From Macrostomum lignano (taxonomy: Eukaryota): a DNA stretch of 64,000 nucleotides. Location of the stretch: assembly GCA_002269645.1 (NCBI GenBank), contig NIVC01003790.1, positions 1 through 64,000 on the forward strand, read 5' to 3'. The position numbers and the translations under genes are program-made. Below, one piece after another: positions 24,834 through 37,133 of the stretch. The notes under the pieces are model-generated. The model worked only from the letters and a program-made list of their open reading frames with translations. It was not told where the DNA came from and did no database searches. Each line of letters begins with the position of its first letter. The stretch's first letter is position 1.

Positions 24834-27800
24834 ATGAGCAGCAGCTGCCAGGCAAACCAGCTGCCATTGTCAGCCAAGAAGCGCCAGAATGGCGCGCCCA
24901 CCGCCGCCCATACTCAAGAGCCAGCTCTGCCAGAACTTGGCCCGGGCGCCAGAATTTGCGCCATGGCAACCTGCTCTACTGCGGCGCTGCAAAATTTTTT
25001 ACTTAGCGCAGGCGCTGGCGCCGCCATTTGCTCGTCATCATCGGCGCCCGCTTCGGCCAGCTGCTCGCCCTGCAAACCTCCGCCTGTCTGTGCTCGCAAC
25101 AATTTGACAGCGGCGTCGACTACAAAGACGAATACGGCGGCAACTGCGGGATCGTCGGCTTCGTCTGGCGCGTCAGCTGATTCGTCGGAGTCGCCGACGC
25201 CGGAGCTGCTGCTGTCAGATGAAGAAGCCGAGGTGAGCGTCGGAGGAAATCAACTGTCTGGTGTGGTGCTGTGAACTGATAAGCTGACGAGGCATCGGGG
25301 TAATCCAAAGACAGCCAAGTTACTCCCGCTGGCTGTGTGGCTTTTTTATAAAAGTATTACCTTTATTTAGTATTATGGACATGACAGTATCAGAATTTGA
25401 AACTTTCTGTTCTTTTTCGTTTCTGCTCTCTCCAGGTGTGCCCCCGTGATCCCACAGGATTCTCTCTCTCTCTCTCCAGGTGTGCCCCCGCGATCCCACA
25501 GGATTCTCTCTCTCTCTCCAGGTGTGCCCCCGCGATCCCACAGGATTCTCTCTCTCTCTCCAGGTGTGCCCCCGCGATCCCACAGGATTCTCTCTCCAGG
25601 CCCCCGTAATCCCACAGGATTCTCTCTCCAGGCCCCCGTGATCCCACAGGATTCTCTCTCCAGGCCCCCGTGATCCCACAGGATTCTCTCTCTCCAGGTG
25701 TGCCCTGTGATCCCACAGGTTTCTCTCTCCAGGTGTGCCCTGTGATCCCACAGGTTTCTCTCTCTTCAGGTGTGCCCCGTGATCCCATAGGTTTCTCTCT
25801 CTCCAGGTGTGCCCCGTGATCCCACAGGTTTCTCTCTCCAGGTGTGCCCCGTGATCCCATAGGTTTCTCTCTCTCCAGGTGTGCCCCGTGATCCCACAGG
25901 TTTCTCTCTCCAGGTGTGCCCCCGTGATCCCACAGGATTCTCTCTCTCCAGGTGTGCCCCCGTGATCCCACAGGATTCTCTCTCTCTCTCTCCAGGTGTG
26001 CCCCCGCGATCCCACAGGATTCTCTCTCTCTCTCCAGGTGTGCCCCCGCGATCCCACAGGATTCTCTCTCTCTCTCCAGGTGTGCCCCCGCGATCCCACA
26101 GGATTCTCTCTCCAGGCCCCCGTAATCCCACAGGATTCTCTCTCCAGGCCCCCGTGATCCCACAGGATTCTCTCTCCAGGCCCCCGTGATCCCACAGGAT
26201 TCTCTCTCTCCAGGTGTGCCCTGTGATCCCACAGGTTTCTCTCTCCAGGTGTGCCCTGTGATCCCACAGGTTTCTCTCTCTTCAGGTGTGCCCCGTGATC
26301 CCATAGGTTTCTCTCTCTCCAGGTGTGCCCCGTGATCCCACAGGTTTCTCTCTCCAGGTGTGCCCCGTGATCCCATAGGTTTCTCTCTCTCCAGGTGTGC
26401 CCCGTGATCCCACAGGTTTCTCTCTCCAGGTGTGCCCCCGCGATCCCACAGGATTCTCTCTCTCCAGGTGTGCCCCCGTGATCCCACAGGATTCTCTCTC
26501 TCCAGGTGTGCCCTGTGATCCCACAGGATTCTCTCTCTCCAGGTGTGCCCCGTGATCCCACAGGATTCTCTCTCCAGGTGTGCCCCGTGATCCCACAGGA
26601 TTCTCTCTCCAGGTGTGCCCCGTGATCCCACAGGATTCTCTCCCCAGGTGTGCCCCCGTGATCCCACAGGATTCTCTCTCTCCAGGTGTGCCCCGTGATC
26701 CCACAGGTTTCTCTCTCTCCAGGTGTGCCCCATGATCCCACAGGATTCTCTCTCTCCAGGTGTGCCCCCGTGATCCCACAGGATTCTCTCTCTCCAGGTG
26801 TGCCCCCGTGATCTCACAGGATTCTCTCTCTCCAGGTGTGCCCCCGTGATCCCACAGGATTCTCTCTCTCCAGGTGTGCCCCCGTGATCCCCGCTATTTC
26901 TCTCCAGGTGTGCCCCCGTGATCGCACAGGATTCTCTCTCTCCAGGTGCACCCCGTGATCCCACAGGTTTCTCTCTCCAGGTGTGCCCCCGTGATCCCCG
27001 CTATTTCTAAAAGTATGCGCGACTAATCAAACGTCATTCTCCCATCGTTGTCAAATAACCGCGCAGTCCAAGACGCAGCCCGGAGCCGCCGATGACGCCT
27101 GCCGCTGCCGGTCCTGCCGATCCCGACGCGCCGCCCAGCGGGTCCGCCGGGGCCTCGACCGGCCGAAGCTGCAGCCCGAGGCGGAGGCCCGCCTGACCGC
27201 CCTTGCCGACTGGCTGGCCGAACGGGACCCCGGCGCTCTCTATTCGGCCGCAGAAGAGTTGGGTAGGCAACTGGCGCGCGAGGCCGGCGCCAGGCTGGCC
27301 GAGGCGCTGAAAAAGCTGGCGCCAACTGGCGAGTACAACCGAGACTGCTGCCGCTCCATGACCCGGATACTGCGCGAAGAATACGAACGGATGCGTAAGG
27401 ATGCCACTAGGCAGGCTGCGGTTCTCAAGTCGTTGGATACTGCTCATCTCACACAGTGCGGCCTCAGCTGGCAGTTCCTGTGCGAGCACTGGTTCCAGAG
27501 CCTGGCCTACGGTTGCGCCGAGCTGCGCCAGCTGCAGAACATCATGATGGAGCGCCTGAAGCCCCGGCCGGAGGATCGGGAGACCCCGTCGCCTATGAAG
27601 CTCTACTTAGAGCTGGACGCGAACATGTCGGAGGCTGAGAGTCGATGGCGGCTGGTCCGGCCCCGCCTGCAGAATTGGCGGGCGCAGCACTGCGCCGTCG
27701 GCTTCAGTGGCCTGGCTGAGGAGCTGGCCGGCACTCTGCTCACTGATGAATCTGTTGTACAGCAGCTGTACAAACTGCACGTGCAGAGCTCTAGCGAGAC

Positions 27801-30222
27801 GCCTGCTCAGACTTACACCTGCACCAAGTGCAACAAAACTCTTTGCGGCTGCTATATGTGCTCATTTACACACTGCGTCACCTGCGGCTTCGAGGAGGCC
27901 GGCGGAGGCGGCGACGGCGCCGGCAGCAGCAGCGGCGGAGGACGGCGTCGCAAGCGGCACAGCGACGTTGAACTGCGCGGCTGCTGCTCATCTGGCGAGG
28001 AAGAAGCTGCCGACGCTGCGGGCGACTCCACCGACGCCCATCGCCGTAAAACCGACATCGCCGCCGCCCTGGTTTCGTCTTCGCTGTGCAAGTCGACGTC
28101 GGCTACTGACGCCGCCGTCGTGTCGTCAAATTCAAAGGGCGGCGGCGGCGGCAGCGGCTGCTGCGCCTTTTACTCCGAGGCCGAGGAGTTCATCAAGGGC
28201 AGCAGCGGCGGCCGGTGCCAACATCAGCACCTGCTGCTGGACGCTGCCCAATACCCGCAGAATTATCAGGTGCCGCAGCATCAGCATTCGCATCATCAGC
28301 CAGCAGCTTCTGACGCCGACAAGGCAACAGGAGACTCGACAACTGGCAACGAAAATGGCCGATTCTGCGACTGCTGCTACTGCGAGGTGTTCGGCCACAG
28401 CGGCGGACAGCAGCCGGCTGTGCCGCCAAAATTTTTTGAGAAGCGCGAACAGTTGCGCTCGAAATTGCTCCGCAAAAAGCAGCAGTCGAAGCAGGGGCAG
28501 CAGAAGCATCAGCAGCAGCAGCAGCAGCCCGAGCCTCCAAATGACGCTGCTGGTGTCGGTGGCGGCGTGGGAGCGATTTGCCAATCGTCATCGACCGATA
28601 TCGACGCTTTAGTGGAGTTCATTGAGGGCGCCAAGGCTGGCAAGGAGCGCGCAGCGAAACGCGAAGCGAAGAAAACCCGGCAGAAGGCGGCGCGCAAAGC
28701 GGCTGAACCAGCAGCCACGTCGCCGGCAGCTGGTCGCCAGCGGCAGCAGCAGCAACGTCAGCGAGATGTTGAAAATCAGACTCCAGTTCGAGGCGGCAAG
28801 CTTCAAGATGCAGCAGACCCCAACAGCGGCAATGGCAGGTCAGCTAACGGAGACAGACAGCGGATGCTGGGCCGCCAGGAACTTGGTAATTTTACACTCT
28901 AGCTTTTTTCTTTGTTTTATTTAATAAATTAAAATTTACGATACTCATCACATTCGGAACATTTTCTCTTTTATCCTAAACTTCCGTTCTTCAATCCTGA
29001 ACTTCCGTTCTTCAATCCTAAACTTCCGTTCTTCAATCCTGAACTTCCGTTTTTCTATCTTGAACTTCGGTTCTTCAATCCTGAACTTCCGTTTTTCTAT
29101 CTTGAACTTCGGTTCTTCAATCCTGAACTTCCGTTCTTCAATCCTGAACTTCCGTTCTTCAATCCTGAACTTCCGTTTTTCTATCTTGAACTTCGGTTCT
29201 CCAATCCTGAACTTCCGTTCTTCAATCCTGAACTTCTTCCGTTCTTCAATCCTGAACTTCTTCCGTTCTTCAATCCTGAACTTCCGTTCTTCAATCCTGA
29301 ACTTCCGTTCTTCAATCCTGAACTTCCGTTCTTCAATCCTGAACTTCCGTTCTTTTATCCTGAACTTCCGTTCTTCAATCCTGAACTTCCGTTCTTCAAT
29401 CCTGAACTTCCGTTCTTTTATCTTGAACTTCGGTTCTTCAATCCTGAACTTCCGTTCCTCTATCCTGAACTTCCTTTCTTCTATCCTGAACTGCCGCTTT
29501 ATCCTGAACTTCCGTTTCTCTATCCTGAACTTTGCTTTTCTATCCTGATCTTCCGCTCTTCTATCCTGAACTGCCGCTCTATCCTGAACTTCCGTTCTAT
29601 CCTGAACTTCCGCTCTTGTATCCTGAACTTTCGTTCTTCTATCCTGAACTTTCACTCTTCTATCCTGAACTTTCGCTCTTCTATCCTGAATTTCGGTTTT
29701 TCTCCTGAACTTTCGCACCTCTATCCTGAACTAAGTTGATCTCACGCACTCTTTACAGAAGGCTTAAACCGGCGCGATGACCTTGACGACGACCAGCTGT
29801 TCGATGACGACGATGTTGACCCTGTGGTTGAGCAGTTCAAAAGGTGAGCCTATTATGACGCGTCAGTTCACTCAGTACACTCAAAAGTGACCCAGTACAC
29901 TCAACAGTGACCCAGTACACTCAACAGTGACCCAGTACACTCAACAGTCACCCAGTACACTCAACAGTCACCCAGTACACTCAACAGTGACCTAGTACAC
30001 TCAACAGTGACCTAGTGCACTCAACAGTGACCTAGTGCACTCAACAGTGACCCAGTACACTCAACAGTGACCCAGTACACTCAACAGTCACCCAATACAC
30101 TCAACAGTCACCCATGGCTCTGTATCCGAATTTGCAGTTTTGTGATGAACTGCCAGACGCCAAAGGAGCGCCAAAAAGTGCGACTGGACTTGGACAGCTT
30201 GTCAATGTTAATGAAAAAGTGA
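24834..30222 (+). CDS. FAM193: FAM193-family protein, 4 exons, 795 aa
   Basis: Exons 24834-25232, 27067-28885, 29759-29843 and 30138-30222 join in frame via GT-AG introns (2388 nt). Motifs CRCRSCRSRR, FCDCCYCEVFGH, LRSKLLRKK, DIDALVEFIEG, and C-terminal DPVVEQFKSF...KERQKVRLD match my recollection of FAM193A/B conserved blocks. Exon 1 is the least certain. Confidence 0.8.
25425..27007 (+). repeat. 30-40 bp intronic minisatellite (TC)nCAGGTGTGCCCCGTGATCCCACAGGAT
   Basis: Fills FAM193 intron 1; unit length varies with the (TC)n run. Confidence 0.95.
28972..29730 (+). repeat. 21-bp intronic minisatellite TCCTGAACTTCCGTTCTTCAA
   Basis: Fills FAM193 intron 2. Confidence 0.95.
29866..30112 (+). 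repeat. 20-bp intronic minisatellite CCCAGTACACTCAACAGTGA
   Basis: Fills FAM193 intron 3. Confidence 0.95.
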
Positions 30223-30867
30223 ACAGCATCTGAACTTTTTTTCTTGGTCTGCAACACAGTTTGAAGCAAGCTGTCCTGCAGAAGGCACTAGAATTATTAG
30301 AAATATATTTAATAAAATTATTTCTTTTATTTAGTTATTTTATTAGAACTCTTGTTAACAAAAAGTTGAAAAACCTGCTTGCTAATCGAGGACAGACAAC
30401 TCTTACTAATTAGCCTGGGTATGCTGTGAAATTCAAGGCTAATAATTTCCTCTTTTGTACCTAGACTTGCATCCCCGTTTTTTTGGTTTGAAAAAAATTT
30501 AAATCAGTTTATTGCTCCTCATCATTTAGTATATTTTGTATTGAAGGATAGGCCTTCGAATATTGGATTTATTGTGCTCAGTAGCGTCTCACCTGCTCCC
30601 TGATATTTTGTGTGTACGCAATTAAAAGTACATCTCAGCTGCCCTGTCCGTGTGTGCTACTAACACTACTATTATTATTATTTATTTACGATTGGTAAAT
30701 TAGTGAGCTGCTGTGTTTATTTTTATTAGTTAGACCGTTTTTTTCAACCAGTATGTAAATATTTATCGCTTTTGCGTCTCCGCTCCACCTGACTGTTGGC
30801 CCACAGACTCTGTTGGGGAGGGGCCGGAGTCCTTTATTGTCGGCTTGGTTTGCGCTTTGGCAACTCT

Positions 30868-32160
30868 TTGTCTTGTCTGTCCTGTCCGCCTCTGTATGTC
30901 CGCCTGCTTGTCTTGTCTGTCATGTCCGCCTGCTTATCTTGTCTGTCATGTCCGCCTGCTTGTCTTGTCTGTTCTGTCCGCCTCTGTATGTCCGCCTGCT
31001 TGTCTTGTCTGTCATGTCCGCCTCTGTATGTCCGCCTGCTTGTCTTGTCTGTCCTGTCCGCCTCTGTATGTCCGCCTGCTTGTCTTGTCTGTCCTGTCCG
31101 CCTCTGTATGTCCGCCTGCTTGTCTTGTCTGTCCTGTCCGCCTCTGTATGTCCGCCTGCTTGTCTTGTCTGTCATGTCCGCCTGCTTGTCTTGTCTGTCA
31201 TGTCCGCCTGCTTGTCTTGTCTGTCATGTCCGCCTCTGTATGTCCGCCTGCTTGTCTTGTCTGTTCTGTCCGCCTCTGTATGTCCGCCTGCTTGTCTTGT
31301 CTGTTCTGTCCGCCTCTGTATGTCCGCCTGCTTGTCTTGTCTGTTCTGTCCGCCTCTGTATGTCCGCCTGCTTGTCTTGTCTGTTCTGTCCGCCTCTGTA
31401 TGTCCGCCTGCTTGTCTTGTCTGTCATGTCCGCCTGCTTGTCTTGTCTGTCATGTCCGCCTGCTTGTCTTGTCTGTCATGTCCGCCTCTGTATGTCCGCC
31501 TGCTTGTCTTGTCTGTCCTGTCCGCCTGCTTATCTTGTCTGTCATGTCCGCCTGCTTATCTTGTCTGTCATGTCCGCCTCTGTATGTCCGCCTGCTTGTC
31601 TTGTCTGTCATGTCCGCCTGCTTGTCTTGTCTGTCATGTCCGCCTGCTTGTCTTGTCTGTCATGTCCGCCTCTGTATGTCCGCCTGCTTGTCTTGTCTGT
31701 CCTGTCCGCCTGCTTATCTTGTCTGTCATGTCCGCCTGCTTATCTTGTCTGTCATGTCCGCCTCTGTATGTCCGCCTGCTTGTCTTGTCTGTTCTGTCCG
31801 CCTGCTTATCTTGTCTGTCATGTCCGCCTGCTTATCTTGTCTGTCATGTCCGCCTCTGTATGTCCGCCTGCTTGTCTTGTCTGTCCTGTCCGCCTGCTTA
31901 TCTTGTCTGTCATGTCCGCCTGCTTATCTTGTCTGTCATGTCCGCCTCTGTATGTCCGCCTGCTTGTCTTGTCTGTTCTGTCCGCCTGCTTATCTTGTCT
32001 GTCATGTCCGCCTGCTTATCTTGTCTGTCCTGTCCGCCTCTGTATGTCCGCCTGCTTGTCTTGTCTGTTCTGTCCGCCTGCTTATCTTGTCTGTCATGTC
32101 CGCCTGCTTGTCTGTTTGTCATGTCTGTCTGTGTATGTCTGCCTGCCTGCCTGTCTGTCT
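30868..32160. repeat. Composite 26+14 bp minisatellite (TGTCCGCCTGCTTGTCTTGTCTGTCA / TGTCCGCCTCTGTA)
   Basis: Two interleaved unit types sharing TGTCCGCC. Confidence 0.95.
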
Positions 32161-32861
32161 TAGTGTCTGTCTGCCTGTCTGTCTGCTTGTGTCCGTCTGT
32201 TTGCCTGCGTGCCCTGTATGTTTTTATACTGTTTCTTCGTGTTTTCAAATTTTTCAGCCACTGTTCACTACCCGCTCACTAGACTACTAATAGCTGTTGG
32301 CTAGTAGTATGCGTTGAGAATTTCGACTTCGCCTTCTCTCATACAGATTGTTCACTTTACGTGCAGTGATGAAATTGACATCTTGTTGTGTAGTTGGTAA
32401 ACAATCATTGCACCATCGGTGTTCATAGTGTCTAAATGCTGGGTTTTTTAAAGTTAATTTTATTTGTTTAAATGCTGACTTGTGCATAAGAGTTTTCCCC
32501 TCATTTTTAAAATTACTGCGAGCTGGCTAATGCGAAATTCTCTATTGACGAGCCCTGCCAGTTATTGTACTTTCACTCCGTTTTTTGTGCTTACATGAAT
32601 GAAGACTTTATAAATTTGAAGTGAGGCGGCTTTGCAAAAATGTTATAACTGCCGCCTGCGCTGCTCGCGATTGGGTTAGAAATCTTTGTAGCTCAGCCTT
32701 CTTTTTATATAAATATACATACTGCAGCCCTATCTGCCCGGAACAAAGTGAAGCTGTTTTTTTACAATAAAAATGCCTAATTTACACTTTTACCTGCCTT
32801 CTGGCATTGGCTTCTTGTTTCATTTCTTTGCCTTTCTTTTCAACTGAGCACAGTTTGTGTC

Positions 32862-34797
32862 ACGCTGCAGTTAGCACACGGGATGTTAGTGAGGCAGTGC
32901 TAATCACACTGCAGTTAGCACACGGGATGTTAGTGAGGCAGTGCTAATCACACTGCAGTTAGCACACGGGATGTTAGTGAGGCAGTGCTAATCACACTAC
33001 AGTTAGCACACGGGATGTTAGTGAGGCAGTGCTAATCACACTGCAGTTAGCACACGGGATGTTAGTGAGGCAGTGCTAATCACACTGCAGTTAGCACACG
33101 GGATGTTAGTGAGGCAGTGCTAATCACACTGCAGTTAGCACACGGGATGTTAGTGAAGCAGTGCTAATCAGACTGCAGTTAGCACACAGGATGTTAGTGA
33201 AGCAGTGCTAATCAGACTGCAGTTAGCACACAACAAGTTAGTGAAGCAGTGCTAATCACACTGCAGTTAGCACACGGGATGTTAGTGAGGCAGTGCTAAT
33301 CACACTGCAGTTAGCACACAGGAAGTTAGTGAGGCAGTGCTAATCACACTGCAGTTAGCACACGGATGTTAGTGAAGCAGTGCTAATCACACTGCAGTTA
33401 GCACACGGGATGTTAGTGAGGCAGTGCTAATCACACTGCAGTTAGCACACGGGATGTTAGTGAGGCAGTGCTAATCACACTGCAGTTAGCACACAGGAAG
33501 TTAGTGAAGCAGTGCTAATCACACTGCAGTTAGCACACGGGATGTTAGTGAGGCAGTGCTAATCAGACTGCAGTTAGCACACGGATGTTAGTGAAGCAGT
33601 GCTAATCAGACTGCAGTTAGCACACGGGATGTTAGTGAAGCAGTGCTAATCAGACTGCAGTTAGCACACAGGAAGTTAGTGAAGCAGTGCTAATCACACT
33701 GCAGTTAGCACACGGGATGTTAGTGAAGCAGTGCTAATCAGACTGCAGTTAGCACACAGGAAGTTAGTGAAGCAGTGCTAATCACACTGCAGTTAGCACA
33801 CGGGATGTTAGTGAGGCAGTGCTAATCACACTGCAGTTAGCACACAGGAAGTTAGTGAAGCAGTGCTAATCACACTGCAGTTAGCACACGGGATGTTAGT
33901 GAAGCAGTGCTAATCACACTGCAGTTAGCACACGGGATTTTAGTGAGGCAGTGCTAATCACACTGCAGTTAGCACACAGGAAGTTAGTGAAGCAGTGCTA
34001 ATCAGACTGCAGTTAGCACACGGGATGTTAGTGAAGCAGTGCTAATCAGACTGCAGTTAGCACACAGGATGTTAGTGAAGCAGTGCTAATCACACTGCAG
34101 TTAGCACACAGGAAGTTAGTGAAGCAGTGCTAATCACACTGCAGTTAGCACACGGGATGTTAGTGAGGCAGTGCTAATCACACTGCATTTAGCACACGGA
34201 TGTTAGTGAGGCAGTGCTAATCAGACTGCAGTTAGCACACAGGAAGTTAGTGAAGTAGTGCTAATCACACTGCAGTTAGCACACGGGATGTTAGTGAGGC
34301 AGTGCTAATCACACTGCAGTTAGCACACGGATGTTAGTGAGGCAGTGCTAATCACACTGCAGTTAGCACACGGGATGTTAGTGAAGCAGTGCTAATCAGA
34401 CTGCAGTTAGCACACAGGATGTTAGTGAAGCAGTGCTAATCAGACTGCAGTTAGCACACAACAAGTTAGTGAAGCAGTGCTAATCACACTGCAGTTAGCA
34501 CACGGGATGTTAGTGAGGCAGTGCTAATCACACTGCAGTTAGCACACAGGAAGTTAGTGAAGTAGTGCTAATCACACTGCAGTTAGCACACGGGATGTTA
34601 GTGAGGCAGTGCTAATCACACTGCAGTTAGCACACGGATGTTAGTGAGGCAGTGCTAATCACACTGCAGTTAGCACACGGGATGTTAGTGAGGCAGTGCT
34701 AATCAGACTGCAGCTAGCACACGGGATGTTAGTGAGGCAGTGCTAATCACACTGCAGTTAGCACACGGGATGTTAGTGAGGCAGTGCTAATCAGACT
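32862..34797. repeat. 44-bp minisatellite CACTGCAGTTAGCACACGGGATGTTAGTGAGGCAGTGCTAATCA
   Basis: Period 44 (GGATGT at 32881 and 32925); about 44 units; no unique spacers. Confidence 0.95.
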
Positions 34798-35427
34798 AGG
34801 TTTATCGCAGTCAACTTGGCTCGAATATTATTCATAATCTTTTCTGTCATTTGGTAGCTCAGACGTACCTACTAAAAGTGCGACTCTGTGTATCTATGCA
34901 ATACTCTAAGGCATGTAAGTCCTTAGAATTTTTTAGAATTTCTGTCGTGGATTTCAGGTAGTTACCTGAAAATTCTGTTTGTCTGTCTGAATTGCATTTT
35001 GATAAAAAATGCATAAATAAAGGTTATCTTTCTGCAGCACAGTATGCATAGGAATTATAAGGTAGACAGAACTGCAAGCTCACAGAGAATGTGTAATAAA
35101 CTAAAATGTTTTAGAAAAGTAGAAGTAGAACTTTTGTTAAACTTAGTTATCGTTAGTTGTGCGCTATTGTTAGAGTTTTCTAGTCTCAGAAAATGAACCG
35201 CTCAAAAAGAAGCAAAAAAGAAGGCAATAGAAAAGTCCAAAACAAGAATTGCTTGAATTATCGGCCTGCCTTGCAACTGGCGGTTTTACACACCTACAGC
35301 TGCAATGATATCAAACTGGTAGGCACATATCTGTATGACAGTCAACCCTTCAATTTTGGAGGGGACACGAACATTTGTATCCTAATTAGGATGGCAGCTC
35401 AACATCTCATACGAGTACAAGACACAA

Positions 35428-35520
35428 GGGGTTGTAGCCTAGTGCTCCGAGCATCGGACTCAAGACTGAAAGGTTGGTGCTTCGATTCACGACCCACCCG
35501 AAACAATTTTCGCATCTTTT
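35428..35520 (+). mobile_element. tRNA-derived SINE head fragment
   Basis: TAGCCTAGTG A-box and TTCGATTC B-box, then ACCCACCCGAAACAATTT shared with the SINE at 56972. Confidence 0.6.
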
Positions 35521-35632
35521 GTAAGCTGACTAATAGCTGTACACGTTTACTTGAGTCAGCTAGCTTAGTTTAGACAATTTCATTGCTAAAATCTTCAACC
35601 TTTCTGACTATAACGACGACTTCAAACGACTT

Positions 35633-36613
35633 TGTAACGTTTGGTTGTCTCTTGGTTGTCTCGAGGTGGCCTGGCAGGTCTTTGTATCCCACCGCTGCCA
35701 CCAGTGAAGTACTTCTCCTTCTCGGGTTCTCGAAGATGTTCCTGAAAATGGAACCCGCTGCTCCTGAAGAAGCTAGATAGCACCGCAGTACTACCTATCG
35801 ATTTGCCTGAAAATGAAACTAAAACGTGCCGTTACTTGGTAGGGTTGCTGCCACCTTGGTGTGCGGACTCGACGCGTCGGCAGAGTTGTCTATCCGTCAC
35901 CTGAAAGAAAATTAACAAAGTCGCTCGGAGCAAAGGCAAATCTGAAAAATGTCTCGACAGTCGATCGTCTTAGTAAATGCTGCTCGAACCTGAAAACCTG
36001 TAAAACCTGAAATGAGAGAGGAGAGCTCGGAGGCAGAGGCTTCACGAGTTAGCCACAATGCTCCGCGAGACGACGCCGTCTGGAGAAAAATGGCTCGCAG
36101 ATGCTCCGTATTTATAGCCGAGCGGACCCCCAAAAGTCACGTGAGTTTCATGCGGTGAGCGCGTGAAACTTCCTTATTTGGGCATTGGAATCATGCGAAC
36201 GACGCGTGATCCAAGGCCAACTTCCAAATAAGGCAAGCCTGTCACGCAGCAGTGGCGTGACTCAAGGTCAGTGGCCACGCACAGTGTGCGTGCACAGTCA
36301 CGTGCTTAGTCTGTGCTAAAAATAGAAACGTGGGCGGATGAGTCATCCTGTTTACTCCCTCTAGGCAGCCCTTACACTCCGCGCAGGTGATGAGTCATCC
36401 TGCTACGCCTCCTCAGCGCGAGTGGGAAGACATTGAGTGTGGCTGCCCGCGCCCGCTCAGGCGATGAGTCATCGGGCAGTAAACACTTAGGCCCAGCACA
36501 GGGTATCTCTCTCACTAGATCAGGTGGACTGAGCCACTGTGCAGCGGATCACAGCGCCCTTAGGGAAAGCTAGTGAATGCTGCTGAATAGCCAGTTAGCA
36601 GCCAGTCACTACA
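35633..36613 (-). repeat. 3' LTR of the Gypsy element
   Basis: Direct repeat of 45489-46469 (offset 9856; the ORF track gives identical peptides at 35912 and 45768). Confidence 0.97.
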
Positions 36614-37133
36614 CTCTCCCCGTCCAAATTAAATTGCAGCAGCGGAACGATGATTCAATTTATTTGAAAAGAAAATCGGCTCTAACAAGGCCACTTGAGT
36701 ATTTATTGCTACTAAAGAAGAAAATCAATGCGCGCCAGTCAAAAAGATGGTGTACCACTGCGAAAAAGGCAACGTGAACTACATGTCATATTAATTGCGG
36801 AATAAAATGTTGATTACATGAGACAGTTTTATAGATTAGGTTGCATAGTTGTAATAATGTGAGATATTTTAATTTTGAGATTTTTGAAAGGAAGATTTCC
36901 TGATTATTGATTTATAGATTATTTAATAAAGTATAAATGTTGTCATGTAATTTAAAGTTTTGTCGCATATAAACTACAGATGATGTCAACAGTTTAACTT
37001 GTTTGATGGTGTTTTTAATGAAAGGTATTGATTTGAGCAAAATGACTTTTGAGTAATAAAGACAACCTTGAGCTTGCGGAAATAACGTTTCACTAATAAC
37101 GAGTTGATGAATTATTGGCCAAAAGGGATGAAG

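Noticed and set aside
25320-26964. Long minus-strand ORFs (473 and 524 aa)
   Set aside because: Translations of the FAM193 intron-1 minisatellite on the antisense strand.
28948-29718. (IEERKFR)n charged-repeat ORF on the - strand
   Set aside because: Antisense translation of FAM193 intron 2; the exons on either side splice in frame around it.
30796-32290. Cys-rich 455-489 aa ORFs in all three + frames (metallothionein/keratin-like)
   Set aside because: All frames are open because of the TGTC-rich repeat; no unique sequence or splice support.
32862-34797. CRISPR-like array (palindromic ~44-bp repeats)
   Set aside because: Units are contiguous with no unique spacers, there are no cas genes, and the context is eukaryotic.
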